This document shows, piece by piece, positions 36,127-49,102 of a stretch of DNA of 64,000 nucleotides. The notes under the pieces are model-generated. The model saw nothing but the letters and a program-made list of their open reading frames with translations, searched no databases and was not told the origin of the DNA. Location: the NCBI RefSeq assembly GCF_006345805.1, contig NC_042999.1, positions 166,656,001 through 166,720,000 on the forward strand. The letters run 5' to 3'. Position 1 is the first letter of the stretch; every line of letters begins with the position of its first letter. The translations under genes and the position numbers were made by a program. This stretch comes from Octopus sinensis (Eukaryota).

Positions 36127-36727
36127 AAGTACTTTTTTTTTTAATATTTGTGCTTTATCTTTTGCGTGTTAGTTACTGGATAGATTGTTTTCCGTTGCAT
36201 CGACTTTAATATGTATTTGACTCTTGTACATATTTAATAGAACTATTTGTCGAACCGGTATATAACTGAACATAAAATGATACAAAATTCAACAGATTTT
36301 TAGAGCGGTGGGAATGTGAGCACGGCTGTATGTGTGTGTGGGTGAACCCTGATGAACTTTATTCAAATATATTAACTCATATCTAAAAAGAAACTTGAAT
36401 GTATTGATAATATTTTGTAAGATATGCCGTTCAAAGAAACACTCGCCGTGGAAGCAAGTAAAAGTGCAACACAGCTTTTATTTCGCCAAAAGGCTTACTT
36501 TGACTAGTTTCTTATCTTCTAAGATATTCTGCCGACAGAAGATTCTCTTCTGTATATTGACTAGGACCACGATATTGGTCAGTCGAAGTTCAATACCCAA
36601 AGATTCATGCCTGGTATGAAACTACTCGTCCTGAATGTGGCACACAACTTGCAATATCTAATTACATAATGTAATAATAATAATAATAATAATATATGTG
36701 TTAATATATATGTATACACACACACAG

Positions 36728-36784
<57 letters not shown>

Positions 36785-37294
36785 ACACATACATCTTTTA
36801 TCATTCAACTGCGGCCATGCTGGAGTACTGCCTTGACGGGTTTAGTCGAACAAATCGACCCCAGTATGTATTTCAAGTAAACGGACAACGATTTGCAAGC
36901 GGTGTGGTAGACAAACTCAAAGGTACGCACACACACAATATATATATATGGCGGGCTTCAACACAGTTTCCGTCTACCAAATTCACTCACAAAGAATTAA
37001 CGAACCAGAGGCTACAGTAGAAGTCAGTTGTCTAAGTTATACACATTTGCGGAACCACGTAAATTCGAAGCGAAGTTCATCACACGTAGAAAAAACTTGC
37101 GTGAGAGAACAAAAGGCAACGCATAAAATAAATCGCTAGTATTCAAGAGATGTCGCGGCCGAAAAATCTGTTACAATGAATGTCCTTACACACCACTTAT
37201 ATATGTAGAGAAACGATCTCCAGTAAACAAGTAAAAGCGAGTATTTACTTCAGGAACAAATTTTTACAGCAACAACACTAAAAGTATTACGCGT

Positions 37295-37367
37295 CATCCC
37301 TGGTGGGATTCGAACCCACGACCTCTGGATTAGAAGTCCAGCGCGCTATCCCCTGCGCTACAGGGAC
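37295..37367 (-). tRNA. tRNA-Arg(TCT), intronless
   Basis: GTCCCTG.../CAGGGAT-G acceptor, CTGGA-CTTCTAA-TCCAG anticodon arm, GGTTCGAATCC T-arm, TTTT downstream. Confidence 0.95.
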
Positions 37368-38817
37368 TTGACGACTGATCCACCTCTATATTATATTTTT
37401 ATTAAATTGACGAGGACAATTGAATAGTTTTCGTTTATTTTTTAAAGAATATTCGTAACAATTCTCCGCCTTCAGCTATTTTTAATTTATCGAAATAAGT
37501 TTAATGCGTATGTTTATATTTCCGCTGCATAAATCTACTAAATACAAACATAACCAACTTAGGTATTGGGCAGAAATTTCTGGTGCAGTCAGAAAAATTA
37601 GGTCATTTACTTGTTTATTTGCTTTTATTAAATTAAATACCTAGAAACTTATGGTAATTTTTGCTCTCCTCCTTCCCACACGAGGTCATAGGTCTTTTTA
37701 CGCATTGAGATTACTGAAAAACGCATTTTTATATGGAAATTTTCATTTTTTGCAATTAAACTTGTTCTAATTTAGGTACAAAACCAGAAGTTGTGAGGAA
37801 GAGACCATACCCAGGCCGAAGGGAAGTGATTGACAGGTACTTTATTTTATCGACCCTGAAAAGATGAACAGCAGAGTTGACTTCATAGGGATTTGAACCG
37901 AGAGTGTAAAGAGTCGGAAGAAATACACAAGGCATATAGCTTACAGAAACCTAATTTATTAACCATTAAAATAAAATGGCCTTCCCTTATATCATCACTA
38001 ATTTAGTGAAGCAAGAAAGAAAAAAAAAAGATTCTTCTGTGGTATGCGACCAATCGAGGCACTTAGTGTTGAATTAATGGTTCTCCTTTCTACCTCTTTT
38101 ACTTCTGTTTATTTTTTTTCTTCTTTCATGTTTGTGTTCACGGTTTTGGATTTGTACTTTTGTCTTATATAATTATCATATACCTACGTGTTATGTATGT
38201 AAAAAAATATAACTTTTAGCCATTTTTACCCTAATTTTTTAATATTTTTTATTGTAACCGTTTATTCTTACTGACATATCTAATATGGTAAAAGAAGTAT
38301 TTTCTCGTAGACGAAAGTTAAAAAAAAATTTTTTTTCGGAAGGATGGAAATATGTTTTGAGTGCCATTTCAAAATAGCGGGATCTTTGCACGCTGTGGAA
38401 GAATTTTACAAACTTTTTTTAGGCTGTGTTGCAGTCAGCTTGTTTGTAATCGGGTATAATTTTTTAGCGCACTGAAGAATTAAAATTTTTTTTGTTTTGC
38501 TGCGAATGTTGAATTATTTTGTTGTGAAGTTGAATATCTGATTGTATTAGACTGTTCAGAATATATTTGTTGTTTCCAGTAACATTTTAAATGGCACAAA
38601 AATGAACAAGAAAAAAAAAAAACCAACAAAAAATTCAGAACAATATTCAGTCGCTTCCTTCTTATCTTTAACGCGAAAATAGACAACACGAGCGCGCGCG
38701 CGCACACATGCAAACACAAGCAAACGATTGCGCCTGCGCGCTTCAGTGTGTGTGTGCGCGCACGAGACGAGAGAATTCCTAAAAACTAAGAAGCTAGTCT
38801 AAATAGCTATATACAAT

Positions 38818-39224
38818 ACTAGCAGTATCGCCCGGCGTTGCTCGGGTTTGTAAGGGAAATAACTATATAAGCATTTTTAGAGAGTTATAGCCAAAAAGTA
38901 GCAAAAAAAATGCATTAAAAATGGAAAAAAAATGATGGTAAATTTTTTTAAAAATCGTTTTGACTCATCGTAGACATTTTTAGAGAGTTACTTCCCTTAT
39001 ATAATAGCGAAAAAATGCATCAAAATGGAAAAAAATGATGGTAAATTTTTTTTCAAATCGTAGACTCATCGTAGACGCGCGCTAATAGCCAGACGGGCTT
39101 GATATGAATCACGACTATAAGATACCCGGTTTTGGTTAAACTGCACCGCAAAATGTGGGGGTAGTTAGGAATCTAAATCGTAGGAGACAGACAGACACAC
39201 AACTTGACTTTTATATATAAAGAT
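38818..39224 (+). mobile_element. Non-autonomous Helitron-like element, 2 internal units
   Basis: Same termini as 1972-2483. Confidence 0.75.
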
Positions 39225-39439
39225 ATCCTCAGCTGTCATACAAAATATTACCGCCATAATTTGACGAACTTAAAGTGGTACAGTATTATATAAACGCTTA
39301 ATATTATTCCGGCATTTGTACCTGATAAATAATAATTTACATCTAGACGGGCCCTTAGAAGTAAGTTTTATACAAGGAGTGCTGAAAAGTTCCTGGTTTC
39401 GGATATATATCAGCTAACAGAATGCATTACGCTTATCTT

Positions 39440-39900
39440 GGGCCGTTTGACACTGGGCAGATTGAAGTCTCCCATAAGAAGTACACTTATGTGTTATTGT
39501 AACGTGACTAGAACTTCTATTTTTGTAAGGCAGTCTTCAAACTTGCCTACATGGCTTGGAGCATCTGGAGGACGATATGTAGTACATATAACTACACCGA
39601 GTTGCCTTATATGTACAATTAGTGTGTCACACACTGAATTTGAGTATGACAAAAGGACCTGGGGTGTGAGGTCCTCGCAGATATACATAGCAGCTCCACC
39701 ATGACTCCTTTCTTTTCTGTCGGTCCGTAATACAACATACTGTGGTATGTGTATTTCCGCATCTGCTATATCTGGTTTCAGGTGTGTTTCTGTAAGTGCT
39801 ATGCATAAGGCTTGATTGCATGCAACAAGGTCTCTCAAGGGATTTTTGTCCTGTTACTGAGTGTTAGCAGTCCTCTGATGTTCAGTAGGAGCATTGAGGT
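39440..39900 (-). mobile_element. CR1-like LINE AP-endonuclease fragment
   Basis: IALTETHL, LRTDRKERSHGGAAMYI, TYRPP motifs. Confidence 0.85.
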
Positions 39901-42900
39901 GATGTGTGTGTTGTTGCCAGTGGTGCCCACCTTGGGTCTATTTGCTGTGGCGGTCTTGTGTATTGGGGATAGTCCCATCTGTGAGATTGATGTATGGATA
40001 CGGATAGATAACAATGTAGGGGAGATAAATGAGGTGGGAATGAAAAACAGAGAAAAGAGGGTTTAATATGTATTGATATGTAACTATGTTTAAGTATAAA
40101 TAAAAAAAATGAGGTAAGGAACTAGCTTGGCACACACAGATGACATATAAGATCCCTATCTAGATATGCACACATGGTTGTAGACATGTAGGACACCAAA
40201 AAGTACTATATATGTTTGCGTATATCATCAGTAAAATATATTCAATTATCAGGTAGAGTGACAAGTAATTTAAAACAGTATCAGTTAGAATGGATATGTT
40301 GAGGGGGTTTTAAAGGGCACCCTATGCAATTAAAATAAATTAAATACAAAAAATATATAGGTATATTATATACTAAGGAACGATATCATTTAAAAAAAAA
40401 AAAAACAGGCGCAGGAGTGGCTGTGTGGTAAGTAGCTTGCTAACCAACCACATGGTTCCGGGTTCAGTCCCACTGCGTGGCACCTTGGGCAAGTGTCTTC
40501 TGCTATAGCCCCGGGCCGACCAATGCCTTGTGAGTGGATTTGGTAGACGGAAACTGAAAGAAACCTGTCGTATATATGTGTATATATATGTATATGTGTA
40601 TGTGTTTGTCTCCCTAGCATTGCTTGACAACAGATGCTGGTGTGTTTACGTCCCCGTCACTTAGCGGTTCGGCAGAAAGAGACCGATAGAATAAGCACTG
40701 GGCTTACAAAGAATAAGTCCCAGGGTCGATTTGCTCGACTAAAGGCGGTACTCCAGCATGGCCGCAGTCAAATGACTGAAACAAGTAAAAGAGTAAAAGA
40801 GTATTGAGAAAAAAGGAGGTGTAGGGAGAGGTAGATAAAGTGTTAGCCCAATATATGGCGGGTCATGCAATTGTTAGAAGGGAAAATTAGATAAATAAAA
40901 AATATATCAAGATAGTATAAGATGTAAAGTGGATGTGATGAGTAACCGTGTTTCATAGAAAAAGAGAATTTATATAGAAATATTTTTAAAAACACCAAAA
41001 ACAAATCTGAGCAAATGGGGAGTGAAGAATTATTTCAGATTGATAAAATGGAATTTGGTTATGTGTTTACATGATAAACTCTTTCATCCTTAGTGTTAAC
41101 GAGATTTCCATTCATTCTCATTATGCTATAGCTTTCTTCTAAACCAAACGTACAAATTTTAATATTATATCTATAAGAGGGGGAAGAAGATAGGATTTTA
41201 CAAGAAATTAAGAAATCAACATTGTTTCTTTTGAGGTGCCAAATGTTTTTTAGATAGACCTGTGTTATTCTCTTTTCTAGGGTCCCTAAAAAAAGATTTA
41301 TGGTTATCAATTCTCGATTTAAGGGAATTTTTCGTGCAACCAACGTATTTATCAACTTGTATCATTTTGTAATTTCTATCTAATTCACAGGCATTTGGGT
41401 CCCTACAATTACAATTTAAGTTATTGGGTGGCACTATGGTTTTATGACTGTTTATTAGGTATAATGGAGTTCTGGTTATTATTATAATAGTCGGATTATT
41501 GGAGGTACTAAGTACACTAAACACAGTTTTTTTTTTTTTTATATAGAATAGATCCAGTTTTTTATTGTTAAATGAAGAGATTATCCTAAAGAGATTAGGA
41601 GAGACTGAAAATCCAAATCCAATTTTTTTTATTATTAAATATTTTTGCATATTTAGAGTTTTTAAAGTTTTTATTAATTATCATTCTAATGGATCTAATA
41701 AAGTTAGATTTTAGATGTTTGGCAAAAGATCCAAGTAGTACCATTGCCATTTTCTTTGTTGGAATGGCAGATTGTGTTTGGGAGGTCAGCTATTCTCACA
41801 CAAGGTATTGGTTTCTTTTTTGCTATTCTATTCCCATCTACATTGAGATCTATGGTTATGTGTTTTACTGAAGGAATTTGGTGAGTTTAGATTATTTTCA
41901 TTTTTTCAGTTTATTGGTTTAATATTCATATTTTTATCTATAACTTGGCAGTTTTGGTGTTTGTTGTCCTTATTCTTGGGTTCATTAATACCAGTATTAG
42001 AGTACATGCCTACAATCATATGTGCATATCTAGATATGGATCTTATATGTCATCTGTGTGTGTGTTTGTGCATATATATTATTGTGTGCTCTTCACTATA
42101 TATTGCTACTAACGTGTTATTTTTAATATGAACCTGTGCGTATATACGTATGGTTCGTGCACACACACACTGCTATTTTTATATGTGTCTTATCTATATG
42201 CGTGTGCCTTTTATTCTCTCTTTGCACAGGTATGATTATATATACTTGTATACGGTGTTCCTTCCTTTATGTATCCCCTAATAAAAACAACTGGAATTCC
42301 TCTATCTATGTATACTAATGTGCAGATATTCCTCAACTCACATATAAGTAAATATACTAACAATTTTTTCCTTGTAAGTTTTTATAAGACTTTGTGTATA
42401 AATTTTTTTGCATACTTATGTACACCCCTAAACTCATAAATTCTCTTATATTTATAATACACATTACTCTTCTATTACTTGAATATCAATACAAACCTAA
42501 TACCACTCTATATATCTCTCTCACATTATACCAAGCTAGTTCCTTACCTCATATTTTTATTTATACTTAAACATAGTTACATATCAATACATATTAAACC
42601 CTCATTTCTCTGGTTTTCCTTCCCAGCTCATTTATCTCCCCTACATTGTTATTTATCCAATAATTAAGACCTGAGCGCGTTTTTTTTTATCTTTATAACC
42701 ACAGCAAGTATTTATTATCTAATTGTAATATTAACAACTATTTCTCTGTTTTTACTTATTTTTCTACCTTATATTTAATACATACTAACGAATATTAGTT
42801 CTTATGCACACACTTGTCCATTTTACAAATCTTATTCTCTCTTTAATCCATTGTTACCTCTATAACACTTGTTTACATTAACAATCCACTACCCCATTAT

Positions 42901-43034
42901 ACATTATCTCCTCTAGTTTCACTTCATTCTCATGTATTAATTTTTATTTTAATATACACCACACTAAGTATTATTTCTAACTGTCAGATCTTATTTTAAT
43001 TCAAATATAGCCATGCCTTTCCATTTAACATTTC

Positions 43035-43053
43035 TATAAAATCTTTTCCCTAC

Positions 43054-43084
<31 letters not shown>

Positions 43085-43186
43085 TACATATATAGGTACA
43101 TATGCATCTATATATATAGATATATATATATATAATATATACACACACATATACATTTATATATATATACATATATATATGGTATG

Positions 43187-43234
<48 letters not shown>

Positions 43235-43250
43235 GATGCATATGTACCTA

Positions 43251-43281
<31 letters not shown>

Positions 43282-43365
43282 CTATATATATAATATATTA
43301 TATATAATATATGTGTATATATTATAATTTATATATATATATATATATATTGTATAATATATATT
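43035..43365. repeat. (TA)n-rich tract; similar tracts at 43960-44100, 44390-44520, 44920-45125, 47120-47365 and 48360-48600
   Basis: Direct reading. Confidence 0.95.
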
Positions 43366-43573
43366 TGGAGTTAGAATTTCGTATCTCTTTACTCATCTAT
43401 AGAGGGAACATCACTAAAACCTCTCTCACTTATATTTTCAAATAACCGTTATAGCCTTTAGTTTTTAGTTAATACCTAACTGGACTCACACATATCTTTC
43501 TTCCTCATAAGGATAAGTATGAATCTCCTATTCAGCTTTTTCCTTTCTCAGGTCCTTTGTAAAAAAAATTTTA

Positions 43574-43705
43574 TACTTCTTGCACTGAAGAGTACAGTGA
43601 TATATAATTAATTTAATTTAATCTAATTAATTTAGTTAATTCTATTTAACCATGAATTTGCATGATCTTTATATCGCTGTACGAAACGATCGTCTGCATG
43701 AATTA
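43574..43705 (+). ncRNA. Minimal type I hammerhead ribozyme
   Basis: CTGAAGA core at 43585-91; 13-bp stem II (43592-604 with 43670-682); GAAA at 43683-86; stem III AC-GATC-GT; GUC cleavage triplet at 43692-94; stem I TGCA/TGCA plus further pairs. Confidence 0.85.
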
Positions 43706-44100
43706 AAATTCTCTTCTATATTTCAACACCTTCTCTTCTCCATTTTTATCAAAATTGTTGAGTTTTATGGGATTCCTTTCCATAAATTCTCACAACACAC
43801 CATTTACAAGTATTATTTTCATATTCGCAATTTTACACCAGTAAGCTACCAGCAAAATATGAAGAATCAATATCAGAAATACTTTTTGGAATCCTCCAAA
43901 TTAAAGGACGAATCTAATTCAACCTTTTTACATACACAGACACAAACACACACACATATATTTATATACATATATGTATATATAAATGTGTATATATAAA
44001 TGTATATATATATAAATGTATATGTGTGTGTATATATATATATATATATATAGATGCATATGTACCTATATATGTATATATGTATATATATATATATATA

Positions 44101-44239
44101 ATTATAATTAAGGGTTAATTGCAACAAGTTGCTCAAAACCACATACCGAAAATATTAGAAATAGCAGCCAAAATTGATCACTATTTCCCCTCGGTATGTG
44201 GTTTTGAGCAATTTGTTGCAATTAACCCTTAATTATAAT
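44101..44239. mobile_element. Short MITE-like hairpin, 49-bp arms
   Basis: Arms 44101-44149 and 44191-44239, one mismatch. Confidence 0.8.
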
Positions 44240-44977
44240 TATTGTAACCCTTACCAAATATGGTCTTTTCCATACCGATAAATCTACTAGGTGAAATTTA
44301 TTAATTTTATTAAATTAATTATATTTCACCCTTTTTTGCATATATATATAGAAATTCGGGGTGAGTACTTGATAATTGTAAGCACCTGTATATACCGTAT
44401 ATGTATATATGTATGTATATATGTATGTATGTATATATGTATGTATATATGTATGTATGTATATATTATATATATGTATATATATATATATGTATATATA
44501 TATGTGTGTATATGTATATAGGCGCAGGTGTGACTGTGTAGTAAGAAGCTTGCTTCTCAGCCCATGGTTCTGGGTTCAGTCCCGCAGCGTGGCTCACTGA
44601 GTAAGTGCCTTCTACTATAGCCTCGGGCCGACAAAGTCACGTAAGTCGATTTGGTAGATGGAAACTGAAAGGCGCCCGTCGTATATACATGTATATGTTT
44701 GTGTGTCTATGTCTGTCCTCCCCCTCCCCACGTCATCACTTGACTACCGATTTTGGTATGTTTACGTCCCTGTAATTTAGCGGTTCGGCAAAAGAGACGA
44801 TAGAATAAGTACTAGGCTTGCAAAGAGTAAGTCCTGGGGTCGATTAGTTCGACTAAAGGCGGTGCTCCGGCATGGCCACAGTCAAATGACTGAAACAAGT
44901 AAAAGAATAAAAGAATATATATATATGTATATGTGTATATATATATGTTTATATATGTGTATATACATGTATATATA

Positions 44978-45024
<47 letters not shown>

Positions 45025-45086
45025 GTATATGTATATCTCTTTCTCTCTATATACATACATACATATATATATATATGTATACACAC

Positions 45087-45127
<41 letters not shown>

Positions 45128-45890
45128 TCCCAACCAGTCGCCATGCTTGATCGTTAAATCCACAAGTTTTTTTATTCTCTCTTATTCCTTTCTGTTGACG
45201 AGCTTAGGCACGAAACGTAAAAGACTTCTCCATTCTTCCTGAGCATTAAACTAATACACCTGCTTGTTGTTCATACACCTGCCTTCGTCTTTTGTTTCCC
45301 TGTAAATTTCATCTATATATATGTATGTATATATATATATGTCCAACCCATGCTAGCGCGGAAAACGGACGCTAAACGATGATGATGATGATGATGATGA
45401 TGTATGTATATATATATATATATATACACATTGTATGTATGTATGTATGTATGTATGTGAGTGTGTGTGTGTATGTTTGTATGTATGTATGTGTGTACAC
45501 ACACACACACATATACTATAGATTCAGGCCGACCAAAGCCTTGTGAATGGATTTCGTACACGGAAACTTAAAGAAGACTGATGTATACATGCGTATATTT
45601 GTGTCTGTGTGTGTGTGTATTTGTGTGTGTCTGTGTTTGTACTCCCACCATCGCTTGACAACCGATGTTGGTGTGTTTACGTTCCTGTAACTTAGACACC
45701 GATAGAATAAGTACTAGGCTTACAAAGAATAAATCCTGGGTTGATTTGTTCGACTAAAGGCGGTGCTCCAGCGTGGCCGCAGCACATAATTCTAAAAGTA
45801 AAACAATAAAAAATTATGCCATTTAATTCCGAGCAACGCCGGGTATCTCTGCTAGTCATTTCATAAAATATCTTTATGGAGAGAAAAATA

Positions 45891-46320
45891 TGGATCTTTT
45901 CCTTTTGAACGGCACTTTGTAACATAATTTCTAGGTAACTAAAAAGTTTTAAACTTCGTATACTGGTAGAATGTGTTTATAAAACATCATTTTCACTTGG
46001 CTTTATTGAGAAAATTCTATAGTTTGTAAGATATTTCGTCTGAAATTTCTTGCATTTCGGCAATTTTAACCAACCAATTAAAGGAGGGACATATTCATTA
46101 TGCACAGAATGTTATTTACGTCAATGGAGGTAATTGATTAGTTAAAATTGCCGAAATGCAAGAAATTTCAGACGAAATATCTTACAAACTATAGAATTTT
46201 CTCAATAAAGCCAAGAGAAAAAGATGTTTTATAAACACATTCTACCAGCATACGAAGTTTAAAACTTTTTAGTTACCTAGAAATTATGTTACAAAGTGCC
46301 GTTCAAAAGGAAAAGATCCA
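45891..46320. mobile_element. Foldback/MITE-like element with about 190-bp inverted arms and a 50-bp spacer
   Basis: 45891-46080 is the reverse complement of 46131-46320, with few mismatches. Confidence 0.85.
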
Positions 46321-47138
46321 AAAATATTGAAAACCATCAATACATGTCAGTGACAAAGAAACGGGGAAGGTGTTAGGTGGCCGTGGGATATGCTAGAAAC
46401 GACAGCTAATTATCTCTTAAATCACATCTTTTCGTCTGAAAATATTTTAAAAAACATCTTTTATTTAGTCATGTGGAAATTAGGTGAATAAAAGTCATAT
46501 ATTTTCAAAAGCTTTTCCTTTCATAAAAATCTCCCCCTCATCATTTAAAATAATAATAATAATGAAATTATTGTATACAGTGCTCAGGTGCACCACAACT
46601 TGTCAGAAAGTGCATATAAAGTACATGCAGTAATGTAGAAATATCTGGAAAGCGAACAATGTATGAGTCAGATACATGCTTGTGTGTGTATGGAGGGGAG
46701 AAAATCAGGTGTAGTGTTGGCGAATCTCAGGAAGCATGGAAGTTTTGAAGGATGCAGTGCTCCGACAACTAACAACCGATGCTGGCAGTTTGTTCCATGC
46801 TTCAGCAACTCTCAGAGTGAAAAAATGTTTCCTGAAGTCATGGGAGCTGTGCTGTTTTCTTACTTTGTAAATATGTCCACGGGTGTTAGATGTATATATA
46901 TATATGTATATATGTTAGATTTCTAAGGCAATTGTAAAAAAATAATAAATAAATATAAAGTTGGAAAACCCTCTGTCAAAATAGAGAAAATCCAGTTTAC
47001 ATGAGCGTTCTGATATGAACTACACCCATGTATAGATCTATATCTGTACCCATATGTCGTCTGTAAAAAACAAATCCATAAGAAGCAGCTCACTAAGATA
47101 TAAAGCAATTTTATGGGAGGATTACTTTAGGTTTCGCC

Positions 47139-47214
<76 letters not shown>

Positions 47215-47310
47215 ATATGTATGTATGTATGTGTGTATGCATGTATGTGTGTGTGTGAGTATGTATATATATATATATATACGTGTGTACGTTTGTATGT
47301 ATGTATTCTG

Positions 47311-47365
<55 letters not shown>

Positions 47366-47458
47366 GTGACGAAGGATAAGATTGTTATTTAAAATACTGA
47401 TCATATCAAGTGTCTAGCATGGCAATAAACACCTCATAGGTAATAATTGTTATTAAAA

Positions 47459-47728
47459 TTATAATTAAGGGTTTATAAAAGATACCACCATGCTAGATAT
47501 AGCAGCCCAAACTTGACTCTAGAACCACATTAAATGTTCAGACACCACCTGGATTTCTGGTTTTAAGAAAGTCAGAAATCCAGGATCTGGAATTATCCAA
47601 TAATTTCTTGCCAGTTTATTTTGTCTCTTTGTCTTCTCTCCTGGTGTTGTATGAACATTTAATGTGGATTTAGAGTCAAGTTTTGGCAGCTGTACCTAGC
47701 ATTGTGGTACTTTTAGATACCCTCAATT
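47459..47728. mobile_element. MITE-like element with about 88-bp diverged TIRs
   Basis: Starts ATTATAATTAAGGGT like the 44101 element; right arm complementary. Confidence 0.65.
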
Positions 47729-48168
47729 TCCATCCATCCATCCATCCATCCATCCATCCATGCATGCATGCATGCATTTCGTTTTGGATTTGGTTTGCAA
47801 GATTATGTAAGTTCTTGTGCTGAAGGTTGCAAGACACAACAAAATTTTAGAAAATCAATTAAGTAAATTAGCGGAAACTTTACCGGTGAAAGTGTTAAAT
47901 TATAAGGCACTAAAAGAGAATGACTCTCCCCAGACACAACAATATATATATATATATATATATATTTTACTTGTTTCAGTCATTTGACTGCGGCCATGCT
48001 GGAGCACTGCCTTTAGCCGAGCAAATCGACCCCGGGACTTATTCGTTGTAAGCTTAGTACTTATTCTATCGGTCTCTGTTGCCGAACCGCTAAGTGACGG
48101 GGACGTAAACACACCAGCATCGGTTGTCAAGCAATGCTAGGGGGACAAACACAGACACACAAACATAT

Positions 48169-48199
<31 letters not shown>

Positions 48200-48372
48200 C
48201 ATATATATGACAGGCTTCTTTCAGTTTCCGTCTACCAAATCCACTCACAAGGCATTGGTTGGCCCGGGGCTATAGCAGAAGACACTTGCCCAAGATGCCA
48301 CGCAGTGGGACTGAACCCGGAACCATGTGGCTGGTAAGCAAGCTACTTATCACACAGCCACTCCTGCGCCTA

Positions 48373-48490
<118 letters not shown>

Positions 48491-48543
48491 ATATACATAT
48501 ATATAATGTATGTATATATATATGTATGTATGTATATATATAT

Positions 48544-48575
<32 letters not shown>

Positions 48576-49028
48576 CGTGTATATGATGTATGTATATTTG
48601 TATATACAACCGATGTTGGCGTGTTTAGGTCCCCATAACCTAGCAGTTTGGCAAAAGAGACAGATAGGATAAAAACTAGGCTTTAAAAAATAAGTCCTGG
48701 GGTCGACTAATGGTTCGACTAATGGCGGTGGTCCAGCAGTCAAACGACTGAAAGAAGTAGAATGAATCAAAGAATATACGTCTGTCTTCCTCCCCGTCTC
48801 TCTAATCGCCTCTTCTCTCTGCCTCCCTCTCTATATAAAGCAAACACAAAATAAGGTCATTATAGCAAAATCTGAATATACACGTCTGGGGATGCGAAAT
48901 AAGTAAATAAATAAAAATATGACGATACAAATACGCTTTTCCTTATTGTTTTTAAATAAACTGGTAACATTCAGCAGGAGACCTAAGGGCTACGCAAATC
49001 GTGACAAAAAAAAGCAAAAATAATAATC

Positions 49029-49102
49029 TGGCCAGTATGGGGCTCGAACCCACGACATTCGCGTTATTAGCACGACGCTCTAACCAACTGAGCTAACCGG
49101 CC
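49029..49102 (-). tRNA. tRNA-Ile(AAT)
   Basis: GGCCGGTTAGCTCAGTTGG A-box, TCGTG-CTAATAA-CGCGA anticodon arm, GGTTCGAGC B-box; full cloverleaf, 74 nt. Confidence 0.96.

Larger units (their letters stand above)
39990..43930 (-). mobile_element. Penelope-like element: decayed GIY-YIG endonuclease (about 41060-41800) between inverted pseudo-LTR-like segments; interrupted by a SINE at 40405-40800
   Basis: CNCRDPNAC...YVGCTKNSLKSRIDNHKS and KIFNNKKIGFGFSVSPNL motifs; 39990-40190 is the reverse complement of 42527-42660 plus 42000-42065; hammerhead in the + arm. Confidence 0.75.

Noticed and set aside
36349-36400. CTGATGA...GAAAC hammerhead-like match; similar matches at 52587 and 63488
   Set aside because: Stems I and II do not pair; the 63488 match is LINE coding sequence.
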